Positions 17,865-27,403 are shown, counted from the stretch's first letter. The stretch: DNA of 39,055 nucleotides from Arcobacteraceae bacterium (GCA_048268245.1 JBLWVX010000024.1:1-39055), one strand, 5' to 3'. Program-made: numbers and translations. Notes: generated by a model from the sequence alone, not told the origin.

Positions 17865-19814
17865 CTAGTATCCTAAAATCTCTGCTACTCTTTTTTCATG
17901 GGCAGTTTTTAAATCTGTTTTTTCTTGAACTGTTTTCCCATTTTTTAAAGAAGTATATTTTTTATCTAACTCTTCAAGCTTTTCTTTATACTCTTTTTCT
18001 CTTTGGACCTGATTTATCTGTTTCTCTTTTAATCTGATAAGAGATTCTTTTAAATATTTATCTTCTAATAGTTTTAATTCAGATAGTTGATTTCGAACAT
18101 AAGATAAATCTTTAGATTTTGGAATTATATAAGGAGTAACTATAATAACTAAACTTTTCTTTCTAATTGAAGAACTATCATGTTCAAATAAACTACCAAT
18201 TAAAGGTATTTTTGATAAACCAGGAACATCACTATCAGTTTTTTCATCTTTATCTTCAATTAAACCACCAATTATCACTGACTCGCCATTGTTTACTATT
18301 GCTGTGGTTTTTACTTCTTTTTTTGTAGTATCAGGATTTGAACCTGCACTTACAGAAGTAGCTTTAACATCTTCTAAAATCGTATTTATTTCTAATGTAA
18401 CTTTATTTCCATTGGAAATTCTTGGTTTTACTTTTAGTGTTAAACCAACATCTTCTCTTTTAAAATTTGCATTTTCTTTTCCACTATCTGAAAAACTTGA
18501 TGATGTTTTTATTGAAATAGTCTCCCCAACATAAATAGAACTTTCTTTATTATTTACAGCTAAAATAGATGGTTCAGATACAATATCGGCAGCATTGTTC
18601 TCATCTAATAATGAAATTGATGCTCCTAATGCTAACCCTGTACTGATATTTGGAAGAGTTATTTTTAAAGCTTCTGGAATTCCTATAGAAACATCACCTG
18701 CTCCATTTAAACCAGAAGAAAATGTTGCTAAACCATCATTTCCAGCAGTTCCACCTAAAATCCCATACTTTATACCAACCTCATCAACAAGTTTTTCATT
18801 TAACTCAATGATTCTAGCTTGTACATAAACCTGAGCTTTCTCTTTATCTAACTCTTTTAAAAGTTCTTTTATATAAGCTATCTCAGTTGATGGTCCCATT
18901 AGAACTATTGCATTTGATTCTTCATCTATTGAAGAAAGTGGTTTATCATTTGGATCTATATATTTTTTCTTTCCAATTACCCCATCAATGATTTTGATTA
19001 CATTTTTTGCTTCTACATTTTTTAAAGGTATTACTTCAACTACTCTTTTAACTAATGAGTCATTTTCATCTACACTTTTTACATATTTTGCTAAGTAGTT
19101 TATATTTTGTTTTTGACCTATTAAAATTAAAGAGTTGTCATCTTTATTTGCAATAACATCTACTTTTTGAGTCTCTATTTTACTATCAAATTTTGACTTT
19201 GCAATTGCATCAAGATTTTTCTTTGCTTCTATTGCTTGAATATTTTTAAGTTCAACTATTTTTGTATCTTTTTTTGCTCCATATGTCATGATTGATACTA
19301 CTTTTTTAACAGTTTTTATATTATCAACAAAGTCCGTTAAAACTAAAGAGTTTGATTCTTTATTTGTTACAAGTTTTGCATCTTTAGAGATAAGATGTCT
19401 TATTTTTGAAGCTACATAATCTACATTTGCATTGTAAACTGTAAATACTTCTGTTACCATTTGGTAATGTGTTTTTTGTTTTGACCCATTTAGTACAGGT
19501 ACATTCTTTTTTGCACCTTCATTTAGTTTTACTATTCTTAAAATTTCCTCATTTTGAACAAGAGTATAACCTTTTGATTCAAGTACATATATAAGTATTT
19601 TTACTAACTCATCTTTTTGTAAAGGTTTATTTGAAATAAAATCAACATTTCCTTTTATTTGAGTAGTAACCAAGATATTTTTATCAATAATCTTAGATGT
19701 AATCTTCACTAAATCCATAATCTTTAAATCTTTAAAGTTTATGTTTATTTTCTCACTTGCATTTAGCGTAAAAGTAAGAATCATTCCTACTAGTAGTACT
19801 TTAATCAATCTCAT
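17865..19814 (-). CDS. gspD: T2SS secretin GspD
   Basis: Signal peptide; N0 INFKDLKI; three N-domain repeats; QVYVQARIIE, EDVGLTLKVKPRI, IIGGLI, VPGLSKIPLIGSLF, IIVTPYII. Confidence 0.96.
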   Translation of the reverse strand: MRLIKVLLVGMILTFTLNASEKININFKDLKIMDLVKITSKIIDKNILVTTQIKGNVDFISNKPLQKDELVKILIYVLESKGYTLVQNEEILRIVKLNEGAKKNVPVLNGSKQKTHYQMVTEVFTVYNANVDYVASKIRHLISKDAKLVTNKESNSLVLTDFVDNIKTVKKVVSIMTYGAKKDTKIVELKNIQAIEAKKNLDAIAKSKFDSKIETQKVDVIANKDDNSLILIGQKQNINYLAKYVKSVDENDSLVKRVVEVIPLKNVEAKNVIKIIDGVIGKKKYIDPNDKPLSSIDEESNAIVLMGPSTEIAYIKELLKELDKEKAQVYVQARIIELNEKLVDEVGIKYGILGGTAGNDGLATFSSGLNGAGDVSIGIPEALKITLPNISTGLALGASISLLDENNAADIVSEPSILAVNNKESSIYVGETISIKTSSSFSDSGKENANFKREDVGLTLKVKPRISNGNKVTLEINTILEDVKATSVSAGSNPDTTKKEVKTTAIVNNGESVIIGGLIEDKDEKTDSDVPGLSKIPLIGSLFEHDSSSIRKKSLVIIVTPYIIPKSKDLSYVRNQLSELKLLEDKYLKESLIRLKEKQINQVQREKEYKEKLEELDKKYTSLKNGKTVQEKTDLKTAHEKRVAEILGY

Positions 19815-20622
19815 AGTTTAACTCCATTATCTCATTGTTTCTTAATATCTCTATGTTTAGGTATTTTGTTTTGTTTATACTGTTATACACAGCAAAAGCA
19901 TCTGCATACGAATCTAAAACCTTATTGTTAATAGACTTTATAATATCGCCTCTTTTAAGACCAAGTTTTCCAAATACTGAATTTTGGTTTACTCTACCTA
20001 CTTTAAAACCTTCTATTTTTGAACCTTTTCTTAACTCTTCTATTGCAATATTATTCCAAACCTTATCAGGATTTTGAACATAAGAGTTTAAATAGTCTCT
20101 TTTTACTGTAACACTATCATCTTTAACAACTATATTTTCATTTATATTATTTGTTTTTCTTGATATTTCATAAGAGATGTTCTCTTTAGTTTTTGATATA
20201 TCAAGTTTATACTCTTTTGCTTGCTTCTCAAAAATTACATGATTTTTAAAAAGTTTTGTTAAAACATAACCATCAAGTTCTTCATACTGAGCTATAAAAT
20301 AGCTTTTTTTATCTCTTTTATTCTCTATGATAGCCCATCCAGTATTTGAACTTGTAGAGTAAATACCTTTTAGATTGTATGAAGATAAACTTTTAATATC
20401 TTTTGTCTTTGCTTTTTGAGTAGTAATGATTGGCTTAATACTTGAAGTATTATAGAAACCATCATACTTATTATATTCAAGGTAAGAGCTAGACTCTTTT
20501 AAATACTCTACTGAACTTTTTGGTAAAAAACTTTGTAGGACACTCATAAGTATATATACAACTAAAGCTATATAAATAAAAGGTATTAATAATTGAACTA
20601 ATTTGTTAAAATTTGTATTCAT
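19801..20622 (-). CDS. gspC: T2SS GspC-like protein with PDZ domain
   Basis: TM helix, HR domain (YNLKGI...WAIIE), PDZ domain (GFKVG...FGKLGLKRGDIIKSIN); start placed at MNTNF with GAAGG SD, ORF is open to 20637. Confidence 0.88.
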   Translation of the reverse strand: MNTNFNKLVQLLIPFIYIALVVYILMSVLQSFLPKSSVEYLKESSSYLEYNKYDGFYNTSSIKPIITTQKAKTKDIKSLSSYNLKGIYSTSSNTGWAIIENKRDKKSYFIAQYEELDGYVLTKLFKNHVIFEKQAKEYKLDISKTKENISYEISRKTNNINENIVVKDDSVTVKRDYLNSYVQNPDKVWNNIAIEELRKGSKIEGFKVGRVNQNSVFGKLGLKRGDIIKSINNKVLDSYADAFAVYNSINKTKYLNIEILRNNEIMELNYEID

Positions 20623-21133
20623 ATACATACCTTCCATCTTTAAATTTCATTTGTCTTAATACATTTGAATAAGAGTTTTTCATACTACTTGTGGCTTCTA
20701 AGTAAACTATAGCTTTTCTATCAAAAAGATTTATACTTCCATAAAGTTTCCCAAAAATACCATCTGCTTTTATTTGTATATTTTCATAATCTAAAATAGA
20801 GTAAGTTAAGTATATATTTGTAAGAGGTGTAGGAAACATAGATTTAAAACTATCTAATAGTCTTACATTTTTAATAGATACTTGATTGTAAAACAAGTAA
20901 GTATCAATAGATAACTTTTCTACATTTGCAACATTAATTTGCTCAAAATAAATATCTGAATACTTTAAATCAAAACCTAAAACCTTATTTTCAAACTGCT
21001 CATTTGAAATAACTATATTTTTTTCTTCTAGCTTTTTTTCCAAGAAATAAAAAAGCTCTTGCTTTGGTAATAAAAGCATAGATATAAAAATAAAAAATAT
21101 CACATAAATTAAAGCTTTTAATATTTTTTTCAT
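20606..21133 (-). CDS. T2SS GspN-like protein
   Basis: N-terminal TM ending in LLP followed by a beta-rich periplasmic region; position after the L and M genes. Confidence 0.55.
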   Translation of the reverse strand: MKKILKALIYVIFFIFISMLLLPKQELFYFLEKKLEEKNIVISNEQFENKVLGFDLKYSDIYFEQINVANVEKLSIDTYLFYNQVSIKNVRLLDSFKSMFPTPLTNIYLTYSILDYENIQIKADGIFGKLYGSINLFDRKAIVYLEATSSMKNSYSNVLRQMKFKDGRYVYEYKF

Positions 21134-21528
21134 TATCTATATCCTATCTCTAAAGCAATATAATCTTTTTGTAGTTCCATCTTTTCTATAATTAGCTGCT
21201 TATTTAAAACTCTATTTAAAAAGTTATTTAAAACTTTTGTATCGCTAGATTCTATTTTTACTTTTAAGTTTTTTTGAGTTTCAACTTTTAAAATCTTGTG
21301 TTTTCTAAATTGAGAACTATTTACTATTTGATTTAAAGTTTTTACAGTATTTTCTTTACTTGCCCATGAACTGCTAAGATGTCTGTACTCTTTTGCTTTT
21401 TCCTTTAAGCTTTCAAACTCTTTTGCTTTTTCATAAAAACTATTTTTTTGCTCACTTAACTGCTGAAAAGATAAAAGCACTAAAGTTAGCATCAATGCTA
21501 GTATATATAAAGGATTTATTTTATTCAT
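21133..21528 (-). CDS. T2SS GspM-like protein
   Basis: TM helix, coiled coil, short ferredoxin-like C-terminus; follows the GspL-like gene. Confidence 0.6.
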   Translation of the reverse strand: MNKINPLYILALMLTLVLLSFQQLSEQKNSFYEKAKEFESLKEKAKEYRHLSSSWASKENTVKTLNQIVNSSQFRKHKILKVETQKNLKVKIESSDTKVLNNFLNRVLNKQLIIEKMELQKDYIALEIGYR

Positions 21529-22442
21529 ATTTTAATCCTCACTTTTAAAGTTTGCCCTACTTTTCTAAATGATAAAAGTTCATACTTTTTAGTTAAATAG
21601 TTTTTTAAACTATCTACATCATTTATAGCTTTATATTCTAATTCAAAATTTCTTTTTTTGATTTGAATACTTTTAAGCTCAAACCTTTTATCTTTTAAAA
21701 TATATGAAACTGCTTCTCTTAATTCAATTTGACTTTTTTGTTTTAACTTATAAGTATCTAAAATAGAGTTTGTTTGTATCATAGAACTAGGTAATTTACT
21801 TGCTTTTTTTGTTGATTCTATTTTTTCTTCTAAAGTTGAGATTTCACTACTATAATCAAAGATTTTAAATATATTTACAAAACACACAATAAGCATAACA
21901 ACTAATAAAGAGTATATTTGTTTCGTAGATAATGAACTATTATAAAGTTTTATATCTACTTTATTTGATGATAGTTTTATATTTTCTAAATTTTCTTCTA
22001 GATTAATATTTTGAGTTAATAATGAACTTGGTACTTTTACTAAAACATTATCTTTTGTATATAAAAAAGATTTATTACAAACTGTAAACTGTTTAAACTG
22101 CATACATTCAGTTTGTGCAAAATATATTGAGTTTACTTGTGAGCTTGAGATACCAGCATTTTTTATAGCTTCAAATATTTTTTTATTTATATATGCAAAA
22201 CATAAATACTTACCATCTTCAAGTTTTAATACTTGATATGAAAGTTCATTTGTTGTTTCTAATACATCTTCAAAAAGTGTAGGTAAAACATGTGCTGCTT
22301 GTGAACTGTTTTTTACAGGTATATCAAAAATCCTAACCCAATAAAACTCAGGGGATAAAATAATATCAACCCTATCTTTTATATCTACTTTACTATCTAA
22401 ACATAAAAATAGTTTTTTATGTTTATTTGAAACTAAGCTCAA
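21525..22442 (-). CDS. T2SS GspL-like protein
   Basis: Cytoplasmic N-terminal domain (ILSPEFYW...LPTLFE), single TM, periplasmic coiled coil. Confidence 0.65.
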   Translation of the reverse strand: MSLVSNKHKKLFLCLDSKVDIKDRVDIILSPEFYWVRIFDIPVKNSSQAAHVLPTLFEDVLETTNELSYQVLKLEDGKYLCFAYINKKIFEAIKNAGISSSQVNSIYFAQTECMQFKQFTVCNKSFLYTKDNVLVKVPSSLLTQNINLEENLENIKLSSNKVDIKLYNSSLSTKQIYSLLVVMLIVCFVNIFKIFDYSSEISTLEEKIESTKKASKLPSSMIQTNSILDTYKLKQKSQIELREAVSYILKDKRFELKSIQIKKRNFELEYKAINDVDSLKNYLTKKYELLSFRKVGQTLKVRIKI

Positions 22443-23043
22443 AGTACTTTACCTTTCCTTCTTTATCTAAAATATAATAGCCTTTTAATATCTCTTTTAA
22501 ATACAAAACTTTTACTTTTAATTCAAAAAGTCTACCTTCCTCCAAAGAAGATATAAACCCTAATTTATCTTTAATATTCAAAATATTATCACTATATGTT
22601 TGTTCAATAAAAGTAGTTATTATATCATCTACTTGCTTACTATTTTGAAGCTTAGGACTTCCTTTTAAAAGATATTGTAAATTCTCAAAACCATCCACTG
22701 AGTTATCCCAAAAAAATTCTTGAATATCTTCATACTTTTTTTTATCTTTTTCTTTTAGCAAATTTAAATCATACTTATCATACTCAACAAGTGAAAGTTG
22801 TAAATCAATATCTTTTATAGAAAAAGGAATGTTTTCTAAAGGTGGTAAATCATCAGGATATTTTTTTATAAACTTTGAAGCTTCTTTTTGTGCATTTTGA
22901 ACCATCATCAAAAGCTGTGCTTTATTTAACTTATAGTTTTGTTCACTTATATACTCATTTGTATCATCTAAGTTTTTTAATATCAAAGCTGAAATAGCAG
23001 TTATAAATAAAAGAGATACTAAAAGAACGATGGATTTTTTCAA
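22423..23043 (-). CDS. T2SS GspK-like minor pseudopilin (short)
   Basis: KKS|IVLLVSLLFI prepilin-like N-terminus lacking Glu5, as in GspK; precedes the L and M genes; TTG start. Confidence 0.6.
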   Translation of the reverse strand: MKKSIVLLVSLLFITAISALILKNLDDTNEYISEQNYKLNKAQLLMMVQNAQKEASKFIKKYPDDLPPLENIPFSIKDIDLQLSLVEYDKYDLNLLKEKDKKKYEDIQEFFWDNSVDGFENLQYLLKGSPKLQNSKQVDDIITTFIEQTYSDNILNIKDKLGFISSLEEGRLFELKVKVLYLKEILKGYYILDKEGKVKYFELSFK

Positions 23044-23046
23044 AAT

Positions 23047-24261
23047 CTAACCTAAATTCATAGAAAAAATTGGAAGAAGCATAGAGATTACAATAAATCC
23101 GATAGTTACACCTACAAAAAGCATAAATATAGGTTCTAACAAAGATAAGAAAAGATTTGTTTTATCTTTATTTGCTTCATTATATAAACTTGCAAGATTA
23201 TTTAATATCTCAGATAGCCTACTTGTATCTTCACCAATGGCAATAGAATGAATAAAAGCTTCATCAATTTTATAAGTTTTATTTGAGTGAAGTAAACTTG
23301 ATAGTTTTTTCCCTTCAACAACACTTGAAGAAGCATCAACAAAAACTTTTTTTATTACACTATTTTTTAAAATATTTGCACTTAAGTTTATAGCTTGAAC
23401 TATTGGAACACCTGATTTTATTAAAATAGAGTTCATATATGAAAATCTAGAAAGTTCAGCTTGCTCTATCATAGTTGAAAAGAATGGTAGTTTTAAAACT
23501 AGTTTGTCAAAGGCATATTTAAATACTTTTGACTTTTTCATTAAAAATACAAACATAAAAACAAAAGAGAAAACAAAAGCTAATATATAAGCATAATTAT
23601 TTGAAAAGAAATCTCCAAGTGCTATAACTATTTTTGTACTTTGTGGAAGTTCTTGATCTATTTGAGTAAAAATATCGGTAATCTTTGGCACTATGAAACT
23701 AAGCATAAAACCAACCATAAAAAGTGAAATAAACAGAATAAACAAAGGGTAAGCTAAAGCTTGACTTGCTTGCTTTTTAACTCTATCTTGTTCTTTTAAA
23801 AAGGTTGCTAACTCTAAAAGAACTGACTCTAAAAGGCCACCATTTTCACTGATTTTAATAGATTGCTTATAAAACTCTGGTAGCTTTACTACGCTTTGTG
23901 AGTCAAGAGCAACATAGAAGTTTTTCCCTTCATCAAGATATGTTCCAACTGACTCAAAAAATGAACTTAAAGTTTTGTTACTTTTATATCTTTGTTTTAA
24001 AAGTTCAATTGCAGAAATCAAAGATATACCAGAGTTTAAATAAATACTTAAATCTCTACTAAGATAAGATAAAGTTGATAAATCTAAAGTTTTTTTTCTT
24101 TTAAAAGAGACTTTTGAGAGATTGAAGTTTTCTTCTTCTATTGAAGTATATAAAATAGCTCTAGCTTTTAGTTTTGCTTTGGCTTCTTGCATATTTGATG
24201 CTTCTAATTTTGATTTTACTTTCTTACCATTTGAATCAAAACCTTGATATTTAAAAAGCAT
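23047..24261 (-). CDS. gspF: T2SS inner-membrane platform protein GspF
   Basis: FKYQGFD..GK, LSIYLNSGI, ALAYP, IVPKI...F...LP.ST, SGVPI, IGEDT, LLEP, MLLPIF. Confidence 0.95.
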   Translation of the reverse strand: MLFKYQGFDSNGKKVKSKLEASNMQEAKAKLKARAILYTSIEEENFNLSKVSFKRKKTLDLSTLSYLSRDLSIYLNSGISLISAIELLKQRYKSNKTLSSFFESVGTYLDEGKNFYVALDSQSVVKLPEFYKQSIKISENGGLLESVLLELATFLKEQDRVKKQASQALAYPLFILFISLFMVGFMLSFIVPKITDIFTQIDQELPQSTKIVIALGDFFSNNYAYILAFVFSFVFMFVFLMKKSKVFKYAFDKLVLKLPFFSTMIEQAELSRFSYMNSILIKSGVPIVQAINLSANILKNSVIKKVFVDASSSVVEGKKLSSLLHSNKTYKIDEAFIHSIAIGEDTSRLSEILNNLASLYNEANKDKTNLFLSLLEPIFMLFVGVTIGFIVISMLLPIFSMNLG

Positions 24262-24793
24262 CTTTTACCTCAACTATATTTTTATTAAAAACTTCAAAAG
24301 CATCACTTAAAGACTCATAAGTACTTGGCTTATCATAAATAGAATTAAAAATATATACTTTATTTTCTAAGGTAACTAAGATAAACTCATTTGTTTTAAA
24401 GTCATTATTGATACTAAATTTGAAAACCACATCATAATCAACATCATTTATTCTTATTTCATCAAACTGCTTTAAAGTTTGTCTTGATTCATACTCATAA
24501 ACTTCTGGTTTTTCAGAGAAAAAGCTATTAAGAATTTCTTTTTCTTGTAATACTCCATCAACTTTTACATAACAATCAAAACTATCATCAATACAAATAA
24601 ACTCTAAACTTTCTGAGAAATCATATGTAGTAAGTAGTTTATCTTTTAAGTTTTCTAAACTAATTTTTTTATTGTTTGTTTGAGTATTAAAACTATTAGT
24701 TGAAAAAACTAAGAAATATGTAGCAGAAACTATTACAATTACAATAACAAGCTCTATTAGAGTAAAAGCTTTTTTTACTCTAATATCACTCAT
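24251..24793 (-). CDS. gspH: T2SS minor pseudopilin, GspH-like
   Basis: KKA|FTLIELVIVIVIV; directly after gspG. Confidence 0.68.
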   Translation of the reverse strand: MSDIRVKKAFTLIELVIVIVIVSATYFLVFSTNSFNTQTNNKKISLENLKDKLLTTYDFSESLEFICIDDSFDCYVKVDGVLQEKEILNSFFSEKPEVYEYESRQTLKQFDEIRINDVDYDVVFKFSINNDFKTNEFILVTLENKVYIFNSIYDKPSTYESLSDAFEVFNKNIVEVKDAF

Positions 24794-24796
24794 TTA

Positions 24797-25168
24797 TTAC
24801 TTACACTTTGAGTAATAAATATCATCTTCTGTACTCTCTTTTTTATCAGCACCTTTTGATACTAAGTCAAATCCACCTTCATTTGAAATATAAATGAAGT
24901 CATTATTCCATGCATCTTTTGGAAGTTTACCATCTTCAAAATATTTCTTTTCAACTAATAAACCAAGACCTTCTTGTGTTTGAGGATAAGAAGAATTATC
25001 TAATTTGTACATTTTTAAAGTTTGTGCAATACTTTTCATCTGAATACAAACTATCTTATCTTTTGCTTCATCACTTTTACCTGTAAGGTTTGGTAATACA
25101 AAAGCAGCTAGTAATCCTAAGATAATAATTACTACCATTAACTCCATTAAAGAAAATGCTTTTTTCAC
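24797..25168 (-). CDS. gspG: T2SS major pseudopilin GspG
   Basis: KKA|FSLMELMVVIIILGLLAAFVLPN, YKLDN..YP, LPKDAWNN, GAD....TEDDI; GTG at 25168 lies 9 nt after AAGG and is preferred over the TTG at 25177 that abuts the SD. Confidence 0.93.
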   Translation of the reverse strand: MKKAFSLMELMVVIIILGLLAAFVLPNLTGKSDEAKDKIVCIQMKSIAQTLKMYKLDNSSYPQTQEGLGLLVEKKYFEDGKLPKDAWNNDFIYISNEGGFDLVSKGADKKESTEDDIYYSKCK

Positions 25169-25188
25169 TTTTTGCAACCTTTTTTAAA

Positions 25189-25218
25189 ATTATAATATTA
25201 TATTATTTTTTTCTTAAA
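25189..25218 (-). promoter_or_regulatory. Probable sigma70 promoter of the T2SS operon
   Basis: Minus strand TTTAAGaaaaaaataaTATAATatTATAAT upstream of the AAAAGG SD. Confidence 0.6.
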
Positions 25219-25230
25219 ATAAATTGTTAT

Positions 25231-25803
25231 TTATTCATATTTTATAGTTCTTGGAAGCTGTATAACCAAATTGTTCCATTCTTCCTTGCTAAGAGATAAA
25301 GTAAGCACTATACTATCAGTAAACTCTTTATTTTTAATAACTATTTCTAAAGAGTTTAGAAGATACTCTAATTTAGACAATTCAGGGTATTGGCAATAAA
25401 GCCTTTTTGTTATTAATTCTTTATATTCAAAAAATTCTGCTTTGTTTATAACTTCATTTACACTTGCCCCATAAGCTCTAACTAAACCACCTGTTCCAAG
25501 CTTTATTCCTCCAAAGTATCTTACAATTATTACTGCACTATTTATTATGTCTGCACCTGCTAAAACTGTAAGTGAAGGTTTTCCTGATGTTCCTTTTGGT
25601 TCTCCATCATCACTACTATTTTCAACAACTTGTCCATACTCATTTAAATATCTATAAGCATAAACAAAGTGTCTTCCTTTTGGGTGTTCTTCTCTTAGCC
25701 TTTTCATAACTTCATCAAATTTATCATAAGGCATCATATGTGCGATAAACTTTGATTTCTTCTCTTCATATGTGTTTTCAAACTCTTCTTTTACAAACTT
25801 CAA
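25231..25803 (-). CDS. yigZ: YigZ/IMPACT family protein
   Basis: EKKSKFIA, HFVYAYR, SDDGEPKGTSGKP, VRYFGGIKLGTGGLVRAY. Confidence 0.95.
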   Translation of the reverse strand: MKFVKEEFENTYEEKKSKFIAHMMPYDKFDEVMKRLREEHPKGRHFVYAYRYLNEYGQVVENSSDDGEPKGTSGKPSLTVLAGADIINSAVIIVRYFGGIKLGTGGLVRAYGASVNEVINKAEFFEYKELITKRLYCQYPELSKLEYLLNSLEIVIKNKEFTDSIVLTLSLSKEEWNNLVIQLPRTIKYE

Positions 25804-25878
25804 ATAAAATCCCGTTATATTAAAATAAATTATAGTATATATAAACTATTCTTGATAAAAATTTAACTATAATTTCGC

Positions 25879-26589
25879 ATGAGATTAGACCAATACCTAA
25901 AAGACAACTTTCAAATACAAAGTAGAAACAAAGCAAGTGAACTTATAAAAGCAAATAAAATAAAAGTAGATAACAAAATAGTTTCAAAACCATCTTTTGA
26001 TGTAAATAAAATAAATGAAATCCAAATATTAGAAGATGAGTTTTATGTAAGTCGAGCTGCTTACAAGCTAAAACACTTTTTAGAAGAACTTCCAAGTTTA
26101 AGACTTGAAGATAAAATCGCCCTTGACATAGGAAGCAGTACAGGTGGTTTTACACAAATACTTCTAAATCAAAATGTAAAAAGTGTAACATGTGTAGATG
26201 TTGGGTCAAACCAGTTACATGAAAAAATAAAAAGTGATAAAAAAATTAGCTTTTTTGAAAACACAGATATAAGAGACTACAAGAACGAAAAAGGTTTTGA
26301 AATAGTTACTTGTGATGTGTCTTTTATTTCTATTTTAAATATTATTGAAGATATAAACAGGCTAAGTAAGCAAGATATCATCATCTTATTTAAGCCTCAA
26401 TTTGAAGTTGGCACAAACGTAAAAAGAGACAAAAAAGGTGTGGTAAAAGATAAAAAAGCAATAGAATTAGCAAGACAAAAATTCTTAGATACAGCATCAC
26501 TTTTGAAATGGAAACTAAATTATAACTCAAAAAGTAAACTACAAGGGAAAGATGGAAATGAAGAAGAACTCTTCTACTTTAGTAAATAA
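25879..26589 (+). CDS. tlyA: TlyA rRNA (cytidine-2'-O)-methyltransferase
   Basis: S4 domain MRLD...SR, YVSRAAYKL, LDIGSSTGGFT, DVG..QL, DVSFIS, LFKPQFE, GKDGNEE. Confidence 0.96.
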   Translation: MRLDQYLKDNFQIQSRNKASELIKANKIKVDNKIVSKPSFDVNKINEIQILEDEFYVSRAAYKLKHFLEELPSLRLEDKIALDIGSSTGGFTQILLNQNVKSVTCVDVGSNQLHEKIKSDKKISFFENTDIRDYKNEKGFEIVTCDVSFISILNIIEDINRLSKQDIIILFKPQFEVGTNVKRDKKGVVKDKKAIELARQKFLDTASLLKWKLNYNSKSKLQGKDGNEEELFYFSK

Positions 26590-27403
26590 AAATACAATAA
26601 CTTCTATAGCAATAGGAGGTTTTGATGGAATGCATGCAGCTCATCAAAAACTTTTTGAGAAACTTGATGAAAATGGTGCTATTTTATCAATAGAATCAGG
26701 TTATGCTAACTTAACACCTAAAAGTCATAGACAGGAGTATTCAAAATACCCTATTTACTACTATGTACTTGATAATATTAAACATCTTGAGGGAAAAGAG
26801 TTTATAAAACTTCTAAAAGAAGAATATCCAAACTTAAGAAAAATAGTAGTTGGATTTGATTTTTGTTTTGGTAAAGGTAGAAAAAACTGCGTTAAAGAAC
26901 TAGCTGAACTTTTTGATGGAGAAGTTGAGGTTTTAGATGAGGTTAAACTAGATGATATAGCTGTTCACTCAAGAGTAATAAGACAGTATCTAAAAGATGG
27001 TGATATAAAAACAGCAAACAAACTTCTAGGAAAAGAGTATAAGATCTACGGAAAACACATCAAAGGTCAAGGCTTAGGAGCAAAAAGTTTTGTACCAACA
27101 ATAAACCTTTTTGTAGAAGAGTTTCTACTTCCAAATGAGGGAGTTTATGCTACAAAAACTATACTAAATGAAAAAGAGTATAACTCTATAACTTTCTTAG
27201 GACATAGAGTAACAACTGATGGAAGCTATGCTGTTGAAACACATATATTAGATGAAGAAGTAAAAAATGAAGAGTTTATTGTACAAGTAAAGTTTTTTGA
27301 AAAGCTAAGAAATAATGCGAAATTTGACAATTTTGATGATTTGAAAAAGCAGATTCTTTTGGATATAAAAGAAGCTAATTCTTATTTAAAAAATTTAATT
27401 TAA
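26552..27403 (+). CDS. ribF: Bifunctional riboflavin kinase / FAD synthetase
   Basis: AIGGFDGMH, VVGFDFCFG, GQGLG...PTIN, GVYAT, VETHILD, LR.N.KF; start may be 26558. Confidence 0.95.
   Translation: MEMKKNSSTLVNKNTITSIAIGGFDGMHAAHQKLFEKLDENGAILSIESGYANLTPKSHRQEYSKYPIYYYVLDNIKHLEGKEFIKLLKEEYPNLRKIVVGFDFCFGKGRKNCVKELAELFDGEVEVLDEVKLDDIAVHSRVIRQYLKDGDIKTANKLLGKEYKIYGKHIKGQGLGAKSFVPTINLFVEEFLLPNEGVYATKTILNEKEYNSITFLGHRVTTDGSYAVETHILDEEVKNEEFIVQVKFFEKLRNNAKFDNFDDLKKQILLDIKEANSYLKNLI

Noticed and set aside
9773..20077. Short opposite-strand ORFs (9773, 11745, 14417, 15030, 16075, 17843, 18289, 18595, 19835)
   Set aside because: All lie antisense to well-supported genes and show mirror-codon composition
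25879..26589. tlyA as a haemolysin secreted by the adjacent T2SS
   Set aside because: No signal peptide; S4 plus methyltransferase motifs indicate the housekeeping rRNA methylase in its usual position beside ribF
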